From Hypomesus transpacificus (lineage: Eukaryota), in NCBI RefSeq assembly GCF_021917145.1, contig NC_061076.1, forward strand, positions 13,160,768-13,224,767: 64,000 nucleotides of DNA, written 5' to 3'. Each line of letters starts with the position of its first letter. Positions within the stretch are counted from its first letter, which is position 1. Below the pieces are notes generated by a model. It ran no database searches and was not told the origin of the DNA. It saw only the letters and a program-made list of their open reading frames with translations. Both the position numbers and the translations under genes were made by a program. Of this stretch, positions 24,728-38,300 are shown piece after piece.

Positions 24728-25734
24728 GCTTGCAAGTGGGTCTGTCCCCTTAAGTTTTTTCCCATGTAGTGATATTTTCAAGCATTTAGCCTACTAAAGA
24801 ACCCCCTTTGAAACAACCCCCATTGAAACAAGCTACTGTAACAACTTTGTCACCGGCAGTATTTCAGATGGAATCGCGATTCAAACAGTAGGCTACCATC
24901 TGCTAACTGCCCCCAAAAACGTAAATAAGCTTTACATCTATTTATGGAGAAATGGCTAATTCAAAAGAAGTTTGCTATGAGCAAGCTAGTTGCGGCGACT
25001 AGCCAAACTTCACTGACTGAGGGGATTGTTTGAAAGGGCCGGAAATTAGAACGTTTCTTTTGACATAAAGTTTAGGCTGTGACTCTGAAGCCAGCGACGC
25101 ACCACACAAGCTTGAGTTTAAACTTTACATACATTCTTTATTGTGACATTACTTACTGTACATGCAAGTCTTGATTTGCTTAAATGTACGTGTATGATGC
25201 TGCTAGTAGACATACACCACGGCACGATACTCGCTGTGCAACAGCACATCAATCCATGCGTTGCTAACGTGTGGTGACGTAGTTAGCACTGAGTACCCTT
25301 CGTTGACTAAAGGCACATTGCCACAAAAACATTGTAACCTCCTATACCGTGCAACGGAACGTAAATAAAAATACAAGCAACGCAATCGAGACTAAGACGA
25401 ACATTTTGGCACAGGCATATTGACTGATCCTTAGGGGGGCGAAAATAAACAATAATAATAACTAAAAAAAGGCTTTTCCTGCGAAACTGCAGTGAAAATG
25501 CTGAAAACCTGAATGGGGATAGCTGAAAAGCTAAAAGATGAAAATAGTCAAAATGTTGTAGAAAGTTATAAGCTGAAGCTTCAAAGCGTCAGAATGGTAT
25601 TTTTGAAAGGGGCTGGAGCCGGACAAAGGCATAAAACTACAGAAAAGAGAAGAAAAATGCAAAAAGATAAATAATTCAGAAGAATTAGTAGAAAGTCATT
25701 TGCTCAGGTTTCAAAAGGCCTGAAATGTATGTGA

Positions 25735-25909
25735 CATTTAGCAGACGCTCTTATCCAGAGCGACTTACAGTAAGTACAGGGACATTTCCCCGAGGCAAGT
25801 AGGGTGAAGTGCCTTGCCCAAGGACACAACATAATTTGTCTCGGCCGGGAATCGAACTGGCGACCTTCAGATTACTAGCCCGTGTCCCTAACCGCTCAGC
25901 CACCTGACT
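25735..25909 (-). mobile_element. tRNA-derived SINE (teleost family with catttagcagacgctcttatccagagcgacttaca tail)
   Basis: rc reads gggagtcaggtggctgagcggttagggacacgggctagtaatctgaaggtcgccagttcgattcccggccgag... Confidence 0.85.
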
Positions 25910-28890
25910 CCCATGTTAGAAAGGACCTGCAGCAAGATGAAGGCAGAGAAGTACAGAAAAGAGAAGAAAAATGCTAAAGTACTGGCAGTTGGAAGGTACT
26001 GCTGTAAAAGATATTTTAAAGGACCTGGAGCAAGATGAAGGCAGAAAACAGAAGAAAAATGCAAAACAAAAAGGAGAAAAATTCAGAAAGTTGAGCTGCA
26101 GGACAATGTGAAAATGTAGCAGAAAACCAGTTGCTGAAGTCTGGGTTGAACGAATTTGAAGGTATAAGGACAACACTGAAATGACTTGAACTTGCTGGAA
26201 AAAAGGCAGAATTGAATCCTAGCGGTTTAAAGAAGGCGATGGAAGATTATGTTCATATTTTGAATTATTTTTCAATCCTTAAAAAATGAAGTCACCTAAA
26301 GATGCAAAATAAGTTGAGAAAAGGGAAAAATTAGCAGAAATGTAGTTGCTAGAGCTCTTTTCAGAGCTGGAAAGTACTTGTGGAACTGAATAAGCACTGA
26401 AAAACAAACATGTAAAAAAGAACAGTGCAATTAGGGCTGGGCGATAAATCGATAAAAATAACTATCGAAGTAATGACTTCCCTCAATAAAGATATCGTAA
26501 CATTAATTCATTTTCAATAATAACGATAGAGAATAACAGCAGTCCATTTAATTTCTGTGATGCAGCAGGAAGTTGCGGAGAAATGGTAGCCTACGTTCAC
26601 TAAAATATACTGACGCGGATTAATATTAGTCTTATTGCCGAAAACAGTGGCAGCGATAGCCATGGCGAGGGAGCAACTTCCAATAAAGAAATTATTGATA
26701 AAAAGGGTTTGTCTTCTTCAGTTATTTGGAAGTTGTTTGAATTTTTGAAATCCGACAAAGAGCAGCAATGTTCGGTGCAAATTGGTGTAGTAAACAAACA
26801 CGTGGCTACCAAGTCTGGTAATACGACAAACTGCAAATGTGGACTTCTTGTTGATCTCGACCTACGATCTTGGTTAACAAACGTTTTAACAAATCTCTGC
26901 TTACAAAGGTGTTGGTAGATCTGTCGAAAGTCCATACTTGTTTTTTTATATAATATAACAACACGTAGGAAAATCCCAAATCAAACACAACGAATCTGGA
27001 GCAGACGCCATGTTGTCAACATCTCCAAGGCAGCCGCTTGCTAGGTCCTTTTTTTTGCAGATTTCTTAGAACATCTCTGGACATATAAGAACAGCGTTTT
27101 GGTCCAATTATAACACTAATATATAAGAAACCTTTTTTACCACCTGAAGCAAAATCACTCGTTGGAACATGCTGAAAGTGTGAGTTTGCGCCAAGGTATT
27201 GATAAGTAGAATATTGATAAAAAGCAAGGTTTTAAAAAGCTTAAAGCCATATGGCAGGTTAACCACCACTGTCGATTAATGGGTACATAAAGCACTCAAG
27301 ATATGTATAATATTCAAGAAATCTCCAAATTATGTCTCAAAATGGTGTTTAAGACTAGTTTTTGTCACTTGTTGTGTTAGCATATAAGGGCAATTCGATG
27401 ATGACGTCACGTTGGGGAGTCGTGGAGCTGAGTAGCCTCAGTCTAGTACTAGAACTATGGTGAATGACCGGGATGAAGAAGAGGTGGCAAGAACCACTAA
27501 TGTATATGATGGCCCGCAGCCGGCCGTTAAAGCCAAATCAATGATTCATGTATCATTTATTAAATGATTCATTTATTAAACTGTTCATTGTACCAAGGAG
27601 AATTAGTGGAGAGTTGATGAAGTGTCCTCCTGGTAAGTTGCTATCATTTAGCAACGCAGCAACCGCCTCTGGACCACGAACAGCAGTGCACATAAATAAT
27701 TTATTTTTACTGTCAGTGAATAGCACCGAGTGGAAGTCAACGTTATCTTTATATCTAGTGATCATTCAGGGCCTGACATTACTTTTTGAGGCACTACACT
27801 AGCCTACATTTACGTTTCACTTTTCTATGCACAAAAGTAACGTACGGGTAAACAATGTGCCTTTGACCAACGAAAATGAGCTGTAATATTATACAAATGA
27901 TAACAATTAAGGTGTTATAAAAAAACTGTATTTGTAACATTAAACATTTACACAATTTTGCAGAATGAAACACTTTCTATTATGTACTGAAGCGTCGTCC
28001 CAATATCTCTTATCGCTTGTTACTTGAAAGAGGAATTATTTACTCCGTCCTATCAGTTACATTATCAGGGCTTGGAAATACTGTGTATTGCTAAAGTAGG
28101 CAAATGGCTAATAGTAGAACATAACATTTGATAATACTTTCAGTCAATCAAACAGCTGCAAGATCCAGTGAAATGTTGTATACAGCTAGAAAAATAACGT
28201 TAGCTACTGTAGCATCGCCAACGACATTGGTTAACTCAACTTCGGTAGGCATTCCTCAGTATTTGCAAGCTGGCCTGTGCATGTAACATGCCATTTTATT
28301 TTGTTTGAGTTTAAACTTGTCCAGTGGGGCAAGTACAATCTTTTCCACTTGCCCTACAAATCCACTTGTCACGGCAAATCATGTCGTTGTAGTTCAGATA
28401 AGTAGACTACCGGGTAAATGTAGCTCTATCTATATCTAGAAGACAGCCCATAGCTAGCCTATAGCTAGCATGATAACTTGCCAGTCCCACCTGTAAAATC
28501 CCCCCAAGATCATCAAAAATTAAATATTTTCCCCGACGTTGGATACACTTTTCCAATTAGATGTCCCACGTTTTGATGGTACTAGCAGGGCCCGTTTTAG
28601 ACATGCTCTGGTACCAGCGTAGTGTTTTTGTAATCGATTTCAATGGTCTCAAAGCAGACTTTTGTCTGTTGTCTCCCCAACGTGACGTCATGCAATGCAT
28701 TGTGGGGGAAAGAAAAATCATTGCAAAAGATAGCTACTTTTTCGTATTATATTGCGTTTTGTGACACCCAACAACATCAAATACAATGGATAACAGTTTA
28801 AATGTTTATTACCAACAAGCAAATAGCGCAAATTCGTTGGAAAATGTACCTGCCATATGGACTTTAAGTTACTTGACCCCAGGTACGTGC

Positions 28891-29456
28891 TAGCCTGGTC
28901 CTAACCAGACCCTCGTACATTTCATTTGTACAGAGGGTCTGGGATCTCTCCATTGACAAATGTTAACTTCCTTGAAGGCGGGTCCTCTGTTGAAGTTTAA
29001 AACTATTGGATCCGCCCAGAGCCACTCTGATTTGCCATAACCAATCACAAGCGTTCGCCTTAGCCAACTCCTTCACCACTACTGTAACGGAGCTAGCTGC
29101 CGTAGCTGGAAAATCAAACTTTTCCCAAACCCCGTGGGGAGGAGGGCCACAACATCATGGCCACCAACAAAACTCAGCAAGGAATGTTCTTGCTCCGGCT
29201 TTAACCTATGGATATTCGGGCAGCGTTGCCACAACCACAGAATAGTTTCGCTCGCATCTTTCTCCGCCGCCATTACTGAACTACTCAAACTAGTGCACGA
29301 CATTAACGTCATCGTTCTCAGCCACTCCCTCTGTTCGCTGATTGGACCTACAAAAAATGTGTTTCTAGAAACCGACTTCAGAGCCGAGCTCCCAGACCTA
29401 GTACAGAAGCAAAATTCAAATTGAGCGGAAGTAAGTAGGAGGGCAGAGCCAGGCTA
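28891..29456 (-). mobile_element. second copy of the 567-bp TAGCCTGG-TIR transposon with intact 64-aa+ ORF (MAAEKDASETILWLWQRC...LPTGFGKSLIFQL)
   Basis: 9-bp TSD ggtacgtgc at 28882-28890 and 29457-29465; ORF 29079-29312 (-). Confidence 0.7.
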
Positions 29457-29540
29457 GGTACGTGCTCCATGGCCGCAAACATTTCTCTCACACCGCTCTG
29501 CCTAAAACTTATGCTGAGTGTAGGGAAAAAGTTGGGAGTA

Positions 29541-29647
29541 GGGAGTCAGGTGGCTGAGTGGTTAGGGAATTGGGCTAGTAATCTGAAGGTCGCCAGTTCG
29601 ATTCCCGTCTGAGCCAAAATGACGTTGTGTCCTTTGGCAAGGCACTT
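29541..29647 (+). mobile_element. tRNA-derived SINE, 5' part (split by insertion 29648-30352)
   Basis: gggagtcaggtggctgagtggttagggaattgggctagtaatctgaaggtcgccagttcgattcccg...ggcaaggcactt. Confidence 0.8.
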
Positions 29648-30352
29648 TGACTACAGGGCGTGTTTCAAACGAGCCTGGAAAACAAATACCTCTTCGCTCA
29701 ATTGGATAGATCTACAACCAATCAGAGCAACAGAGTATGTGACGTATGTTAAGCACCGCATAGTTGTTGTCAACAGAACTAAACTACAAGCAGACTTGAA
29801 GAATGAATACAAACGATTTTTGCCGGTGTTGTAAAATTAATTTAAGGGTAGGGAGAGTACTTGTTCACACGGTCAACCTTTTTGAGCGAAACAATAAAGG
29901 GCAATGCATATACGAAGTTCTCCGTTTAGGATTACAACTCCATCGGGGCCAGCTGATAGATTAATCTTTTACCGAATCCCGTAGGAAGGACGGCAAAAAC
30001 ATATTTTCCATCGACAAATGCCTTGATTGCGTCTCTCTGTTCCTCTTTCAAAATAAATGCGCTGTCGATGTCTTCTAAAACAGACTCGATGGCAGTATCA
30101 TAACATCCCAGATCTCCAGCGGTAGCCATGTTTGTTCAAAACGAATTCAACTTAAGCGCTCTTTTGTGACGTGGGTGATTATGTTACTGTTGATCATCTG
30201 TCCATCATCGTATAAAGCCCGCCCTGGCAATTTAATTGGTTCGCCCAGATTCTGGTTTTCTGTAGTTGGTCCCCAATACGAGACCCTCCAGACCCAACTT
30301 CCCGACCAAATTCCTTGGGGGGCGGGGAGAAGTTGGGCTGGCAGCCAGGCTA
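29648..30352 (-). mobile_element. diverged third copy of the promoter+RecQ-motif-I element inserted into the SINE (right TIR ccaggcta intact, left end degenerate)
   Basis: ORF 29932-30129 (-) ...FVDGKYVFAVLPTGFGKRLIYQL; upstream (minus) gaaccaattaaa CCAAT, ccagggcgggc GC box, cacgtcac; ends ...ggcagccaggcta at 30352. Confidence 0.5.
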
Positions 30353-30440
30353 ACTTCACCCTACTTGTGTCAGGGGAATGTCCCTGTACTTACAGTAAGT
30401 CGCTCTGGATAAGAGTGTCTACTAAATAACTAAATGTAAG
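30353..30440 (+). mobile_element. tRNA-derived SINE, 3' part (cttcaccctacttg...gtaagtcgctctggataagagtgtctactaaataactaaatgtaa)
   Basis: Continues the SINE consensus interrupted at 29647. Confidence 0.8.
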
Positions 30441-30879
30441 TTGAGGAGGAGACTTATTTGGCTACTACTACAGATCTGTGGTCTATCGTTTAATTATCGT
30501 TATCAAATGTAAATATAAATATCTATATCGATAATTGTTTACCCATATCGCCCAGCCCTATGAACAATACAGTGTAAAGAAGTTCAACTGTTAAACAAAT
30601 ATATATTTAAAGAAGCCAATATGACCATTGGTATGTACTCTGATATTATAAGTAAAGGAATAAATGAAAGCGTGGATATATATCAACTCTAACATGGCCT
30701 GTATCTTGTATTGTTAAAGTGCTCGAAAATTAGCTCTGTTAATGTATGGTGGACTGAGAAAACATATTTGTTAGTCAAAGCGGAGCGAGCGGATGTCATG
30801 GGAGAATTCATACTGTGTTAGATTTACTGCTTCAAATTGAAAACGGAGAAGATATTTAGAGTAAAGACAAATTACTTAA

Positions 30880-32325
30880 GGCTCTGGATGTTGTAGGGCT
30901 GTCTTGGTTGACACGACTCTGCAACATCGCGTGGACACCGGGGACAGTGCCTCTGGACTGGCAGACCGGGGTGGTGGTTCCCCTCTTTAAAAAGGGGGAC
31001 CGGAGGGTGTGCTCCAACTTTAGGGGGAAAAACGTCATTTTCCCTGGGAAGGTGTATTCAGGGGTCCTGGAGAGGAGAGTCCGTCGGATTGTCGAACCTC
31101 GGATTCAGGAGGAGCAATGTGGTTTTCGTCCTGGCCGTGGAACAGTGGACCAGCTCTCTACCCTCCGCGGAGTCCTGGAGGGTACATGGGAGTTCGCCCA
31201 ACCAGTCTACACATGTTTTGTGGACTAGGAAAAGGCTTCGACCGTGTCCCTCGGGGGCTCATGTGGGGGGTGCTCCGAGAGTATGGGGTACCGGATTCCC
31301 TGATTGGGGCTGTCCGGTCCCTGTAAGACCGGTGCCAGAGTTTGGTCCGCATTGCCGGTAGTAAGTCGAACTTGTTTCCGGAGAGGGTTGGACTCCGCCA
31401 GGACTGCCCTATGTCACCGATTCTGTTCATTACCTATATGGACAGAATTTCTAGGCGCAGCCAGGGTGTCGAGGGGGTCCGGTTTGGTGACCTCAGGATC
31501 GGGTCGCTGCTTTTTACGGATGATGTGGTCCTGTTGGCTTCATCTGGCCCCGACCTTCAGCTCTCACTGGAGCGGTTCGGAACTGAATGTGAAGCAGCTG
31601 GGATGCGAATCAGCACCTCCAAATCTGAGGCCATGGTTATTGACCGGAAAAGGGTGGAATGCCATCTCCGGGTCGGGGAGGAGATCTTGACCCAAGCGGA
31701 GGAATTCAAGTAAATCGGGGTCTTGTTTACGAGTGAGGGAAGAATGGAGCGCGAGGTCAACAGGCGGATCGGTGCGGCGTCCGCAGTGATGCGGGCTCTG
31801 CATCGGTCCGTCGTGGTGAAGAAGGATTTGAGTCGAAAGGCGAAGCTCTCTATTTACCAGTCGATCTACGTTCCTAACCTCACCTATGGTCACAAACTAT
31901 GGGTAGTGACCGAAAAACGAGATCGCGAATACAAGCGGCCGAAATGAGCTTTCTCCGCAGGGTGTCTGGGCTCTCCCTTAGAGATAGGGTGAGAAGCTCG
32001 GTCATCCGGGAGGGGCTCAGAGTAGAACCGCTGCTCCTCCGCGTCGAGAGGAGCCAGCTGAGGTGGCTTGGGCATCTGATTAGGATGCCTCCTAGACACC
32101 TCCCTGGTGAGGTGTTCCGGGCACGTCCCACTGGGAAGAGGCCCTGGGGAAGACCCAGGACACGCTGGAGGGACTATGTCTCTCGGCTGGTCTGGGAACG
32201 CCTCAGGGTCCCCCAGGAAGAGCTGGTGGAAGTGGCCGGGGAGAGGGAAGTCTGGGCCTCCCTGCTTAGGTCGCTGCCCCCGCGACCCGACCCCCGGACA
32301 AGAGGCAGATGACGACGACGACAAA
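30880..32325 (+). mobile_element. L2/CR1-like non-LTR retrotransposon (LINE) fragment: RT domain (FTDD motif) and C-terminal ORF2 tail, multiple frameshifts
   Basis: ORFs 30908-31228, 31342-31713 (..LFTDDVVLLASS..), 31723-31947, 31899-32312 (..LGHLIRMPPRHLPGEVF...GRPRTRWRDYV..). Confidence 0.75.
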
Positions 32326-33769
32326 TTACTTATCATCTGTGTTCAATATCGTCAATTAAAAGTAAAAACTTTCCAGTTATGAAGCGTTTGTTCGTAGCAG
32401 TGGCGAAAATCTGCTATTAACTTTGGGGGGGACAATTATATTACATTTTCTCAAGAGCAATTTCTGAGGGGGACACCAAAATGATTGCTGTAATACAGCC
32501 TACATTGTAATATGTTAAATGTATATTGAGGAACCATAATTAATACTCCTGGATAATTTATAGTTAGTAATTGAAGGGTTGTCTCAACTTGTTCAAATGT
32601 AGTTATAGTAGTTTTTTTTATCAGTCAAGTATGAATGCAGGTGTACAGTATTTACAACCAGCAATACCAAGAAAGGCCAGTACTGTACACTGTGTATGGG
32701 TGCAGTTTATGTAATTACAATGGGCATGGTGCAATCTCATCTAAAATAATCTCAATTCAACCATTATAAAGTTGGGGGAAATCGCGACCATTTCTCTTGA
32801 AGTGTCAACACTTTGTTGGCAAGAGTCTGCAGTTCTATACATTGTGGGTGTGGCTGATATGGTTCTGTGCCACCACTGAGGTGACTAGACAGTACTGTGC
32901 CACTGTTTCCTGCTAGCTAAAAGGTTGACCCCCGGTCCTGCCATGGCTGTGACAGCGTGTGTGGGCTCATCTGAAGTCTCTCCCTGGCTCTTTCCCTTTC
33001 ACCACCCTCACTGACTCACAGTATGTCTCCTAGAAAAGACATAAGGTGCTTGCCATCCTCCTAACTACCTGTACCCAATACTACACAATTAATCACAACA
33101 ACAATACCATTGCCTCAAACTAATGCTGGTTCAGTCACCAGTTTAAGTGAAGAGTGGGGGTATCCATGGCATTGTCCAATTATGTCCCTATTTTACAAGT
33201 CTAAAGAATGTTGCCAAACAAGAGACTCAACAAACTTACCCAAGACCCCGTCTCTGCCAGTGTGTTCCTGCCTACCTGCAGCTCTATTGTCTGTTTGTCA
33301 TCTGGTGCCTCCTCTGCCTAATGGCATCATTATGAAACATTCAATTACCACATTTCAAATCACTTTTATGAAAATTGTATTTGAGATTAGGCTACTAGGG
33401 TTCTTTCTTTGCGTTCTGGTGTCCTGAAATGCTCTGATGTCCGTCTTTCTTTTTTCTGCAATTTTTCTACCATGCTGGCAGCACACACAATGTGCAGGTT
33501 ATTTACAGTAGGAGATGGGCTTCTATCATTTATTACCCTTCTTCTAGAATAGGCTATGATCTACCAGGTTGCTAGACAGTTAGGAAAGGTGTTGACAAGG
33601 ATTGACAGCTGTATGAGTTCAGCCCTTTACACAACACAAACTGCAACCTTTTGTCATATTAATATAATTCATGTTTTGGTTTTATATTGGTTGGCTTCCC
33701 AGAATAGCTGAATTTGCAGAGCTAGTGAGCCCCAATTCTGTTTGTGTGGTATTTGCCATCATCTTTCCC

Positions 33770-34380
33770 AGCTAACACATGACGTTGCGGCAACGTTGCC
33801 AGTAAGTGCTCAGTTGGTAACCCGCGACGTTACCTTCTGGCAACGTTGTGGCAACGTCGTAGCAACGTTATAAAGGGAATGTTGCCAGTTGGTCCCATGG
33901 GCAACGTTGCCGCGACGTCGTACCTTGGTCGGCTGGTTACGTTATTTTTAGACCCGTGGGCATCGTTGCCGCAACGTCGTACCTTGGTCGGCTGGTTACG
34001 TTATTTTTTGGTCCCATGGACAACGTTGCCGCAACGTCGTACCTTGGTCGGCTGGTAACGTCATCTTTAGGTCCATGGGCAACGTTGCCGTGACGTTGTA
34101 CCTTGGTCGGCTGGTTACGCTATTTTTTGGTCCCATGGACAACGTTGCCGCGACGTCGTACCTTGGTCGGCTGTTAACGTCATTTTTAGGTCCGTGGGCA
34201 ACGTTGCCGCAACGTTGTACCTTGGTCGGCTGGTTACGTTATTTTTTGGTCCCGTGGACAACGTTGCCGCGACGTTGTACCTTGGTCGGCTGGTTACCTT
34301 ATTTTTAGACCCGTGGACAACGTTGCTGCGACGTCGTCCCTTGGTCGGCTGGTTACGTTATTTTTGTCGCAGGACAACGG
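33770..34380. repeat. ACGTTGC-rich block plus 59-bp tandem satellite (paralog of 12410-13860, lacking the MITE insertion)
   Basis: Same unit as 13490-13860, ~9 copies. Confidence 0.85.
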
Positions 34381-34399
34381 ATCTTGAGTGCAATATAGT

Positions 34400-37300
34400 G
34401 GTTTATATATATAAATGTAGACAATGCATGTAATTCATGTGCTGCTCAGCCCCAGCATGTCATTGGTCATCAATTTTCTCATATGCAGACACATAGCTTT
34501 AATTTAAAAAAAGACAGAATGTGGAATATAATTTAGTCTTTCATTCTTTACTATAAACATGTACAAAAACAATCAATGTGTGATGAGTAACATGATTAAG
34601 CAAACATTATTTGTATAGCACACCAAAGCTGTATGACACACAATGCAAATTTGTGCTCCAATAGTTTTGTAATACAAAATTGTTAAATGTGACCAAAAGG
34701 TAAGCGACTCTTAAGAGTTTCATTTTCAAAGACAAGTCATCACAGAATATTACGATTCTTCCTTAGCAAACCTGCCCCTCAGTCTGCCCCTGAGCAACAA
34801 CTTTGCGCATGCCCATTTCAACGCATAGCTGAAACTGGGATCCCTAAACAGATTTTGCCGGGGCCGCACCGTCTTTCACACAATGGATTTTACCTGGAAA
34901 TAAGTTACTTCAAAGGTGAGTTTCTTTACAGACATACTTTTAAATATATAAACATATTTTCAGAAATTGGATGGGGCATATAGGTTTGAAATTGATTTGT
35001 TTATAGCGTTATATCAGATTCACATTGTTTACGTTAGGATTTCGCTAGCTAGGTTAAACCCTCCAGAAAGTTATTTTGAAATACTGAAAATGCATACATG
35101 TTATCAAAGTTTAGCGTCTCACAAATCACCCTCAAAAGAATCAGTGAAAATAAACGTTCAGAACTGTTAGAAAACCTTGTCCCAAAATAGTTTATTTAGC
35201 TAGCCCTGAATTTTCAAAGACGCTAGCGCGTGGCTGATCAGGTTCACAGTCGGTCATGGCATGCACAGCAATGGCGTCTGTAAAAGTATCATGTCACAAA
35301 TTCTTCCAATTTGTACATGACATCTGTTTTTGGATACGTTTATTTGTTTTAACCTTTAGATGCGTGAGTTCTAAATATTTAGAACTTTATTTAGAGACAC
35401 TTTCACCAGAGTACGTGAGTTATTTTCCCAAAACAGAAACTATGTAGCTTTAATTAGCTTCCGTTACCTAGCAACCTAAGATAATACCAAGCCCCCACCC
35501 CTCGCCCCTTGGCTTGAAGCAACGGCCCCGGTGGATGTAGGTGGTATTGCATGTACGGCTAGGTTTCCGACTCTTCCGGTCGTTTTTATTCTATTAACTC
35601 CATTCAACATTTACAAAACTATCTCCCCCAATAATTTTTGTTTGATTCTCGAACCCGGCTCATACTACTAGCTTTTTCATAGAATAATTTTTCCAGATTT
35701 TTGCTAAATTTGAAACCAATCCGAAATGGGTAAACTAGCAACCCATTTATTTGCTTAGTCAATGAAAGTTGCCTGCAAATGTGCTCGCGAATACTAACAG
35801 GGCACGAGCACAAGAGTTCACATTGGCCGATAGCCGATTTACATGAGCTCTCGGAGCTAGGGAAAAAAAGAGCCACTGTTTAAAGCTAGACAGGAAGACA
35901 CGGAAGTGGAAAGATGGCCGCGTCCAGTCTCGCGCTCTCGCTTGCCTCACTGCGCCACTGAGCACTTTTCATAGAAATGAATGGGGACGCCATCTTGGAA
36001 GACAAAAGTAGCTTACTCTAGTTATATTAACTCTATGGATAATACTCGTACCAATGCTACTTGCTAGTGTTACTTGTTAGCCTACTAATTGTACATTTTG
36101 AAGCCATACTGTAGTGTTTATCATATAGTTTTTGCCCATCGGAAAATAGTTGGTTGGAATGTTCAGAATCACACGAGCGATGCTACGCTGTGGGGCCCTG
36201 CTTTCGAACGATCACATATGTGCGATGCTACTCCAATATCAATATACTAATAGAATGTACGTAAACTACATTCCACTTTCATTTCTGTACAGGTGATCCG
36301 ACCACCATCACAAGCACTGTGTCCCTTGGAAATTATGGTAAAGTAATGAATAACCGTTTATAACAGTGACAATAATTGTGTGAGTCATGGCAACCCTAAA
36401 GGCTATGCTTTGAAGCAAAAGTATGACTTAAAACGTTTGCATCACCAGATGCCATACCTCTAGGTGTCAACTCTGGTCTGGTGGAGGAGAACCCATAGGG
36501 GGCCCCGGAAAACAGCTGGCAGCCAGGCAAGTGCAAATATAAGACACTCAAAAAAATACTCAAACCATTGCCATTGTAAGGCATACCTAATTGTAAGGCA
36601 TACTTAAGTTGTTCTGATCGTGGGGGGAAACATTTGTCAAAACAACAAATGTTGTCTTACTAATGCTTTGTATACCCCATTCAGCTGTACCATCTTGGGC
36701 AAAGACCAATCAAGGTAACATTTGTTATGTACATCAATGTTACAGCTAATCTAGAAGAACCACAGTGTATGCCAATCATGCAAACTCTTGTAAACTTGTT
36801 TTACTTGTCTTTAATTACAGACACATTACAGGTTATGCTCCGAAAGATGGAGACATTGGAAGAGAACCAGTGAGAGGCTCTCCTGTTCAGGCGACCACAG
36901 GGCAGACACACTGAAGAGGTGCCAGTGATGGACCTACAGGTGGCCCAAACACAGGCTGAACTCCAAGACCTTGAGGAGCGCCTTAAGGTGCTGGAGTTGC
37001 GAAAGAGAATGGTAAGTGTTTGGAGATCCCATAAACTATGGCTTACACGCATTCAACGTTTCACATTGGTGCTGACAATAAGTTCATGACTTCTAATTCC
37101 AGACGCTGTGATGAAGTAGAAGACGGGACTGGGAGAGAAAGCTGTGGAGCTCCGCATAGAGGAAACACTCAAACACACCCCGGAAGCCCATTCAAAACAA
37201 GCCAGGTGAATGAATCATGATTGCAGCTTCCATATCCAATCTTTCACATGGCTATGACACAAATCTAGAATCACATAATATTTTAATTGATGATGTATAT

Positions 37301-38030
37301 TATTTTAGATGTGATTTTTTTAATGACTTGTATAGCCCCTTTTCACACGTGTGATTATGTTGAATTGAACACTAACTTATTTTGTGCTTCCTTGTCAGGG
37401 CCAACAGACAGGACTCGTAGCGGGGACTGGAAGAAGATTTTAATTCATTTTTTGCACTTTGTTTGTTTGGCACTTTTGTTTTGCAGTGTCACTTTTTATC
37501 ACGTATGTATATATTTTGGCCATTTTCGTTTTTATTTTAAATGTTACATGCATACTTTGTGCATTGTCATTTTAGCAGACGCTCTTATCCAGAGCAACTT
37601 ACATAGTAAGTACAGGGTAATTCCCTGGAGGAAAGTAAGGTGAAGTGCCTTGCCCAAGGACACATCATTTGGCAACCTTCTGATTTAATAGCCTGATTCC
37701 CTAACCGCTCAGCCATCTGACTCCCCTTTAGTATAGGTAGATCACATATTTAGGATTCCTATATGTTGAATGTATTTACCTTCCTGCTAAAGTAAATTCC
37801 TTGTCTGTGCAAACTTTCATGGCGATTAAAACACTTTCTGATTCTGAAATGCTGCCTCGTTTATGATTTAGCTTGAGTCAGGCTACACATCCCACAAACA
37901 TATTCCTCCTAACGTTGGCTATCTATTATACCAAAACAAGTAGCGTTCTGGGCAAATGAGGTCTGCATATGAAATACAGGTTACTTCATAATTAAGTAAA
38001 TTATTAACGTTGCAGTTACGGACTAGCAAC
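34400..38030 (+). repeat. segmental duplication copy 2 (paralog of 15160-17822) with extra inserts incl. SINE at 37567-37727
   Basis: See copy 1. Confidence 0.85.
37567..37727 (-). mobile_element. tRNA-derived SINE (truncated)
   Basis: cattttagcagacgctcttatccagagcaacttaca...ctaaccgctcagccatctgactcccc. Confidence 0.75.
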
Positions 38031-38300
38031 GTCACAAAATGACATTGCTAGGAGGTCGCGGTTACAGACTGGCAACGTCCCAAAACAACGTTGCTAGGAG
38101 GTCGCGGTTACGGACTGGCAACATCAGAAAATTACGTTGCTAGGAGGTTGCGGTTACCGACTGGCAACGTCCCAAAACAACGTTGTAAGGAGGTCGCGGT
38201 TACCGACTGGCAACGTCGGAAAATAACGTTGCCACGACGTCGCGGTTACTGACTGGCAACGTCGGAAAATAACTTTGCCACGACGTCGCAGTTAGACTGG
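38020..38300. repeat. ~46-bp tandem satellite (gcggttaccgactggcaacgtcggaaaataacgttgccacgacgtc) x ~6; target site of Pack-type TE in paralog
   Basis: Direct reading. Confidence 0.85.

Larger units (their letters stand above)
26431..30560. mobile_element. hAT-like element remnant (TIR TAGGGCTGGGCGATA.., YARNG-type ends) with degenerate BED-finger ORF; hosts nested SINE and Pack-type TE insertions
   Basis: 26431 tagggctgggcgataaatcgat vs rc of 30538-30560 tagggctgggcgatatgggtaaac; ORF 26709-26918 SSVIWKLFEF...C..Q...KHVATKSGNTTNCKC resembles BED finger. Confidence 0.45.

Noticed and set aside
25735-25909. tRNA-like cloverleaf-compatible sequence (gggagtcaggtggctgagcggttagg...ggtcgccagttcgattcc) that a tRNA scanner might call
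   Set aside because: It is the head of a tRNA-derived SINE (followed by SINE body and conserved tail). The same sequence occurs at 29541, 37567 and 48243, and none are free-standing tRNA genes.
31158-32336. Minus-strand ORFs (90, 67, 109, 83, 148 aa) across the LINE region
   Set aside because: They are antisense to the recognisable RT/ORF2 frames of the LINE fragment and show no domain signatures.
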